Below, piece by piece: positions 59,767-64,000 of a DNA stretch of 64,000 bases. Source of the DNA: Candidatus Sericytochromatia bacterium (lineage in GTDB: Bacteria; Cyanobacteriota; Sericytochromatia; S15B-MN24; JAQBPE01); NCBI GenBank assembly GCA_035285125.1, contig JAYKHR010000066.1:1-64000 (forward strand), read 5' to 3'. The position numbers and the translations under genes are program-made. The notes under the pieces are model-generated. The model had not been told where the DNA came from. It made no database searches and was given only the letters and a program-made list of their open reading frames with translations. The first letter of the stretch is position 1, and each line of letters begins with the position of its first letter.

Positions 59767-60431
59767 GGCGGAGTCGCCTGCCTGACCAGCATGAGCAGCA
59801 AGGAAAGCGTGCCGAGGTAGCCAATGACCTGCTGGGTGGTCGCGAACGCCTCGCGCCAGGAGGGCCAGGGGTTGCGCCCCACCTGGATCCGGTCGCCGGG
59901 CTCGACGCGGATGTCGCCCTGCATATCACCCGAGGCCAGGATGGCCGCAAGGTCGATCGGGATGCGGCGCGTCGCCTCGCCCGTGCCACGCAGCAGGGTG
60001 ACCTGGCTGGGCAGGGCCCGCTCCGTGAAGCCCCCGGCCGCTGCGATCGTGTCGAGCACGGTCTGGTCAACCCGGCTCAACACGAGGTTCCCCGGGGTGG
60101 CGACCTCCCCCAGCACCGTCACGATCCGGGGGCGATAGGTCGATACAGACACGTTGACATCGGGATCGTGGAGCTGCTTTGCCAGGGCCGTGCGAACCTG
60201 GTCGCGGAGCTGCTCGACGCTCATCCCGCGGACATCCACCTCGAGCAGGAAGGGGATGACGATGGTGCCGTCCGGGCGGACGGGAAAGGTCCCCCCCCAC
60301 TTTGCGTTGTCGCGCACGACGACGCTGACGCTGTCGCCATGGTCCAGGAGGTAGGAGGCCCGGGCGGCGGTCGGCAGGCAGACGAGGGCGGCGGCCAGCG
60401 TGGCTGTCAGGAACAGGCGACGGACTTGCAT
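59757..60431 (-). CDS. Polysaccharide export protein (Poly_export plus SLBB, Wza-like)
   Basis: GDSVSV, VRPDGTI, VLGEVATPG, IAAAGGFTERA and PGDRI. Confidence 0.92.
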   Translation of the reverse strand: MQVRRLFLTATLAAALVCLPTAARASYLLDHGDSVSVVVRDNAKWGGTFPVRPDGTIVIPFLLEVDVRGMSVEQLRDQVRTALAKQLHDPDVNVSVSTYRPRIVTVLGEVATPGNLVLSRVDQTVLDTIAAAGGFTERALPSQVTLLRGTGEATRRIPIDLAAILASGDMQGDIRVEPGDRIQVGRNPWPSWREAFATTQQVIGYLGTLSLLLMLVRQATPPQP

Positions 60432-60479
60432 GGGTGGCTCCTGTGGGGACACGGTCGAGGCGTGCTAGAGTGAGGGCCC

Positions 60480-61541
60480 ATGGTCGACTTGACTGACACG
60501 ATCAAGGCCCTACCGGGTCGCCCCGGGGTCTACCAGTTTTTCGACGCACGGGACCGTCTGCTTTACGTCGGCAAGTCGGTGAACCTCAAGGAGCGGGTCC
60601 GCAGCTACTTCCGGGCCGACGGCGGGCACTCCCGCAGAACCTCGCGGCTGCGCGACGAGGCCGACCGGATCGAGGTGGAGGAGTGCGGCTCCGAGCTCGA
60701 GGCCCTGATCCTCGAGAACCGGCTGATCAAGCAGCGGCAGCCCCTTTACAACGTGATGGGGCGTCGGCATCGCCACTACCCCTTCATCAAGATCACCGCT
60801 GAGGCCTTTCCCCGCGTCCTGCTGTCCTACGAACTCGTGGCGGACGGCGGGCGCTACTTTGGCCCGTTCCCCGGGGAGTACCGGGCCAAAGAAGCGCTCG
60901 AGGCCCTGAGGCCCCAGTTCCAGTGGCGCAGCTGCCAGCCGATGCCCACCAGGGCCTGCTTCGAGCACGACATCGGGCGTTGCCGGGCCCCCTGCCTCGG
61001 GGCGGTCGATGCGGCCGCCTACGCCGCCGAGCTGGAGTCCCTGGCGGAGTTCCTTGCTGGAAGCCCGGGCCGCGTGATGGCCGGGCTGGAGGAGGCCATG
61101 CGGGAGGCGGCCGGCGCCCTCGCCTTCGAGCGCGCCGCCGTGCTGAGGGACCGCATGGCGCTGCTGCAGCCCTGGGTGGCGCGACAGCAAGCCGTGCAGC
61201 GGGCCGTCACGGAGCTAGACGCCCTGGTCGTGCTCCCTGCCGTGGAGGCGGACGCAACGCTCTGGCTTGTCATCAGGCGGGGGCGGCTCGTGCACACGGA
61301 GCGTAACGTTCGCCGGAGCAAGGCCCGCAGCGTCGCGACCCGGCTGGCCCGCGCCGTTTCAGCGCCTCCGCCCTCCCTGGCGCTCCGGCAGGAAGAGCTT
61401 GACGAGGTCAACCTGCTGGCGCACTGGCTCCACCGCCACCGGCACGGCGGGAGCACGCACCCGCTGGACCCGGCGCGATGGGCCGAGACGCTGGAGGACG
61501 CGTGGCGCTCCGCGGAGGCGGTGCTGGCCGCCAGATGCTGA
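60480..61541 (+). CDS. GIY-YIG nuclease with UVR domain (UvrC N-terminal half, Cho-like)
   Basis: PGVYQF, LYVGKS, ALILEN, Cys cluster and AFERAAVLRD; lacks the UvrC C-terminal nuclease and HhH domains. Confidence 0.88.
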   Translation: MVDLTDTIKALPGRPGVYQFFDARDRLLYVGKSVNLKERVRSYFRADGGHSRRTSRLRDEADRIEVEECGSELEALILENRLIKQRQPLYNVMGRRHRHYPFIKITAEAFPRVLLSYELVADGGRYFGPFPGEYRAKEALEALRPQFQWRSCQPMPTRACFEHDIGRCRAPCLGAVDAAAYAAELESLAEFLAGSPGRVMAGLEEAMREAAGALAFERAAVLRDRMALLQPWVARQQAVQRAVTELDALVVLPAVEADATLWLVIRRGRLVHTERNVRRSKARSVATRLARAVSAPPPSLALRQEELDEVNLLAHWLHRHRHGGSTHPLDPARWAETLEDAWRSAEAVLAARC

Positions 61542-61545
61542 TGGT

Positions 61546-61980
61546 TCAGGCCTTTGGCTGCGGCTCGTCGCCCGCATGCAAGGACCGCTGCAGGGCCAGC
61601 ACCTCGTCGATCTGCGTCTCGGTGCAGTGCCCAAGTCGCACGAGCGCCTCACCGAGCTGACACCCATTCCTCTGCTGGTAGTCCAGGGCCTCCAGCAGCT
61701 GGATGAAGCCGATGTCGCCCTGATGGACCAGGAGCTCACCGATGCGGATGCCAGCCTTGTACTGCCTGAGCGCTTTGACGAGGTTTTCCGGCGTCAGCGC
61801 CCCACGCTTCACCAGCAGCTCGCCGATCTTCAGGTGAGACTTGAGCTCCTTCTGAGCCGCGAGGCCCTCCCCAAGCTGGGTCCGATCGATCAGGCCCTGG
61901 GAAATGAGGAACTCCCCGAAGAACCCAGCGTTGATTTCCTCAAGGAAGTTCTCGCGCGCTTTTTGTGACGTCTCGTACAT
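61546..61980 (-). CDS. Stand-alone protein of four MshEN-type motifs (c-di-GMP receptor-like)
   Basis: Four 24-aa xxGxxLxxxGxxxxxxLxxxLxxQ-like repeats; ATG overlaps the upstream TGA. Confidence 0.85.
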   Translation of the reverse strand: MYETSQKARENFLEEINAGFFGEFLISQGLIDRTQLGEGLAAQKELKSHLKIGELLVKRGALTPENLVKALRQYKAGIRIGELLVHQGDIGFIQLLEALDYQQRNGCQLGEALVRLGHCTETQIDEVLALQRSLHAGDEPQPKA

Positions 61981-63272
61981 CAACGGGCTCCTTCTTCAGA
62001 GTCGAGGGGGAGACGGTCGGGTCGCTCGAGGCCCTCCAGGCGTCGCAGACCCGCAAGGTCGTGCGGCTGCCCGAGGGGCATCGGCGGGGGTGGCAGGGTT
62101 ACCTCGAGCTGCATGGCCCTTTCCAGGCTCGCCGTGATGCCTGCGAGGCGCTCCACGGAGGTGGGAAGCCCCAGCCCGTGGCTGACAATGCGCACGAGCT
62201 CCTCAGTGGAGAAGAACGGGATGTGGGAGGACAGCTTCCACGTCTCATCCATGCTGAGCGGTTTCTCCGCCAGATAGTTGATGAAGTGCGTCATCAAGAT
62301 GTCCACAATTCGGGGAAGGGGGCGGATGCTCTGGCCGTTCCGCAGCATGGCCTGCAGCAACATGCGCAGCTCGGTGAGGGACATGAACCGCCCGAACAGC
62401 TCATGGATGGTGTCCTTGCCCATGGTGGCCTCGTGCGCCCGAAGGAGCATCTCGAGCTCGCTATTGCCGAACAGGCGGTGGGCGTGACGCCGGACGACGG
62501 CGCGAAGGTGGTCGGCCAGCAACTGGGCGGGCGTGAGCACCTCGCCGTGCCAGGCGCCGGCAGCGGCCCGGGCGATCCAGGCCGTTGGTTCCCCCGTCAC
62601 CGGGTGGGCTTCCAAGCGCCACGTCGCTGGCAGGTTGGGGCCCACGGCGGCCACGCAGCCCGGCAGAAGCCGCCCCTCGGCGACGACCTCGCCCTGGAGG
62701 CGGATGACGTATCCCTCGGGGGGGAGCGCCTGATCCTCCTTGCCCGCCACCAGCGGAAAGGCGAAGCCCAGCTCTTGCGCCAGTTGGTAGCGCACCTGCG
62801 CGAGGTGGTCCTGCATCGTCCGGCCTCGCAGGCCCACCTCCGGGTCCGCGTGGAGGGCGGTCCCCACGTCGATGGCGAGCGGGTGGGCCACCAGACTCTC
62901 GATGAGGAGGTCTGGCGAGGCCCCCATGCCGGCCTCGCGAGCAAAGGCATCCTCGGCCCCAGGCGCAGCGGGGACGTCCCCGGCTTGCGATGGCCCGATG
63001 GGACCGCGCAGCCCCGTCAGCATCCCCGTGATGGCCCTCTTGGCGCCAGCCAGCAGGCCGCTCCCGCTCGGCGGCGGCACGAGCTCGTCAGGCCAGAGGC
63101 CGACAGCCCCCAGTTGCCTGTGAATCTGACGCAGGCGCTGGGGCGTATGTCGGGCGAGGTAATCGTTCCAGTCCTCGTCCAGCAGGAGGCAGTACTCGGC
63201 GAAGAGGCGCATGGCGTCCTCGTACCTGTAGCGCCCCACGAGCAGGTTGAGTGCCTTTTCTCGATCAACCAT
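61980..63272 (-). CDS. Soluble FlhA/SctV (FHIPEP) cytoplasmic-domain protein without a membrane domain
   Basis: PLAIDVG, VRYQLAQELGFAFP, YVIRLQGEVVAEG, HPVTGEPTAWI, LADHL..VVRRHAHRLFG and LLQAMLRNGQSIR. Confidence 0.82.
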   Translation of the reverse strand: MVDREKALNLLVGRYRYEDAMRLFAEYCLLLDEDWNDYLARHTPQRLRQIHRQLGAVGLWPDELVPPPSGSGLLAGAKRAITGMLTGLRGPIGPSQAGDVPAAPGAEDAFAREAGMGASPDLLIESLVAHPLAIDVGTALHADPEVGLRGRTMQDHLAQVRYQLAQELGFAFPLVAGKEDQALPPEGYVIRLQGEVVAEGRLLPGCVAAVGPNLPATWRLEAHPVTGEPTAWIARAAAGAWHGEVLTPAQLLADHLRAVVRRHAHRLFGNSELEMLLRAHEATMGKDTIHELFGRFMSLTELRMLLQAMLRNGQSIRPLPRIVDILMTHFINYLAEKPLSMDETWKLSSHIPFFSTEELVRIVSHGLGLPTSVERLAGITASLERAMQLEVTLPPPPMPLGQPHDLAGLRRLEGLERPDRLPLDSEEGAR

Positions 63273-63377
63273 TCGTCATCACCCAAAACGCCACGCCGGT
63301 GCCCTGTGCGAACACGCGCCGCGCATGAACACGTTATACCCCGTTATTCGCCACCCAAGCGCACCCCGGGCACGCCG

Positions 63378-64000
63378 TCAGCCGACGCGCAGCGTGTGGT
63401 CGCCGCCAGGGAACTTCCCGGCGTTCTTCTCGAGGAAGTAACCGAGGCCCCCGGGGTAGTCCGTGGTGTGCCCGTGGTCGATGACCACGACGCGCGTGGC
63501 GAGTTCGCGCAGGAAGTGCCGGTCGTGGCTCACGAAGATCAGCGTGCCCTCATACCGCTTTAGGGCCTCGAGAAGGACCTCGCGGCTGCGGATGTCGAGG
63601 TGGTTCGTCGGCTCGTCGAGGATCAGCAGGTTGCTGGGGTTCGCGACGATGCGCGCGAGGACGACCCGGGTCTTCTCGCCCCCGGAGAGGACGCCGCACT
63701 TCTTGTCGACGTCGTCGCCGCTGAACAGCAACGAGCCGAGGATGTTCTGCACGACGCCGCGGCTCGCCGTCGGCACGACCTCGGCCACCTTGTCGAAGGC
63801 CGTCTCCTCTCGCCCGAGGATCTCCGTCTGGTGCTGGGCGAAGTAGGCCGGCTTGATGCTGCCGCCCACCTTGGCGTCTCCCGCGGTCGGTGCGAGCTCG
63901 CCTGCGAGGATCTTGAGCAGCGTCGACTTGCCCGCGCCGTTGACGCCGAGGATCGCCACGCGTTCCCCGCGCTTCACGTCGAGGTCGATGTCGTGCAGCA
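63378..64000 (-). CDS. ABC-F family ATPase, C-terminal part (5' end outside window)
   Basis: GVNGAGKST, YFAQ, LSGGEK, LDEPTNHLD and VSHDR. Confidence 0.93.
   Translation of the reverse strand, partial: LHDIDLDVKRGERVAILGVNGAGKSTLLKILAGELAPTAGDAKVGGSIKPAYFAQHQTEILGREETAFDKVAEVVPTASRGVVQNILGSLLFSGDDVDKKCGVLSGGEKTRVVLARIVANPSNLLILDEPTNHLDIRSREVLLEALKRYEGTLIFVSHDRHFLRELATRVVVIDHGHTTDYPGGLGYFLEKNAGKFPGGDHTLRVG

Noticed and set aside
60480..61541. Assigning the symbol uvrC
   Set aside because: At 353 aa it lacks the C-terminal endonuclease and HhH domains.
61980..63272. flhA pseudogene or flagellar locus
   Set aside because: The ORF is intact with a distinct soluble N-terminus. There is no TM-domain remnant upstream (only about 105 bp to the ABC-F gene) and no flagellar neighbours.

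Overview
This is a very GC-rich, densely coding bacterial chromosomal segment with about 60 real CDSs, one tRNA-Ser(CGA), and no CRISPR array, integrase, transposase or prophage. Most of the ORF track is shadow ORFs caused by high GC. Housekeeping blocks are hemE-hemN-hemJ and hemA-hemC-hemD, ribD-ribE-ribBA, ald, gdhA, ligA, a PlsB-like GPAT with gpsA, an RlmL-like methyltransferase, an LpxB-like enzyme, an ABC1 kinase and a SigF-like sigma factor. Many exported hydrolases are also present: HtrA, S8 protease, caspase-family peptidase, amidase, GH13 amylase and a metallophosphoesterase. Several proteins look cyanobacterial (GshA, LpxB-like, tandem SagB-type nitroreductase, SigF) but no photosynthesis genes are seen, which suggests a non-photosynthetic cyanobacterial relative such as Sericytochromatia (inference). 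The best candidate for an undescribed system is a coupled two-gene operon at 61546-63272. It encodes a membrane-less FlhA/SctV cytoplasmic-domain protein and a stand-alone four-motif MshEN (c-di-GMP receptor-like) protein, with no flagellar or T3SS gene nearby. Other highlights are a LeuB-fold pseudoenzyme missing most catalytic residues, an ECF-sigma/ZAS/TM/TPR fusion, a lipoprotein caspase pair behind a perfect CRP box, a sigma28-like promoter in front of the SigF-like gene, and several apparently leaderless genes. All family calls come from motif recognition by eye; no searches were run.
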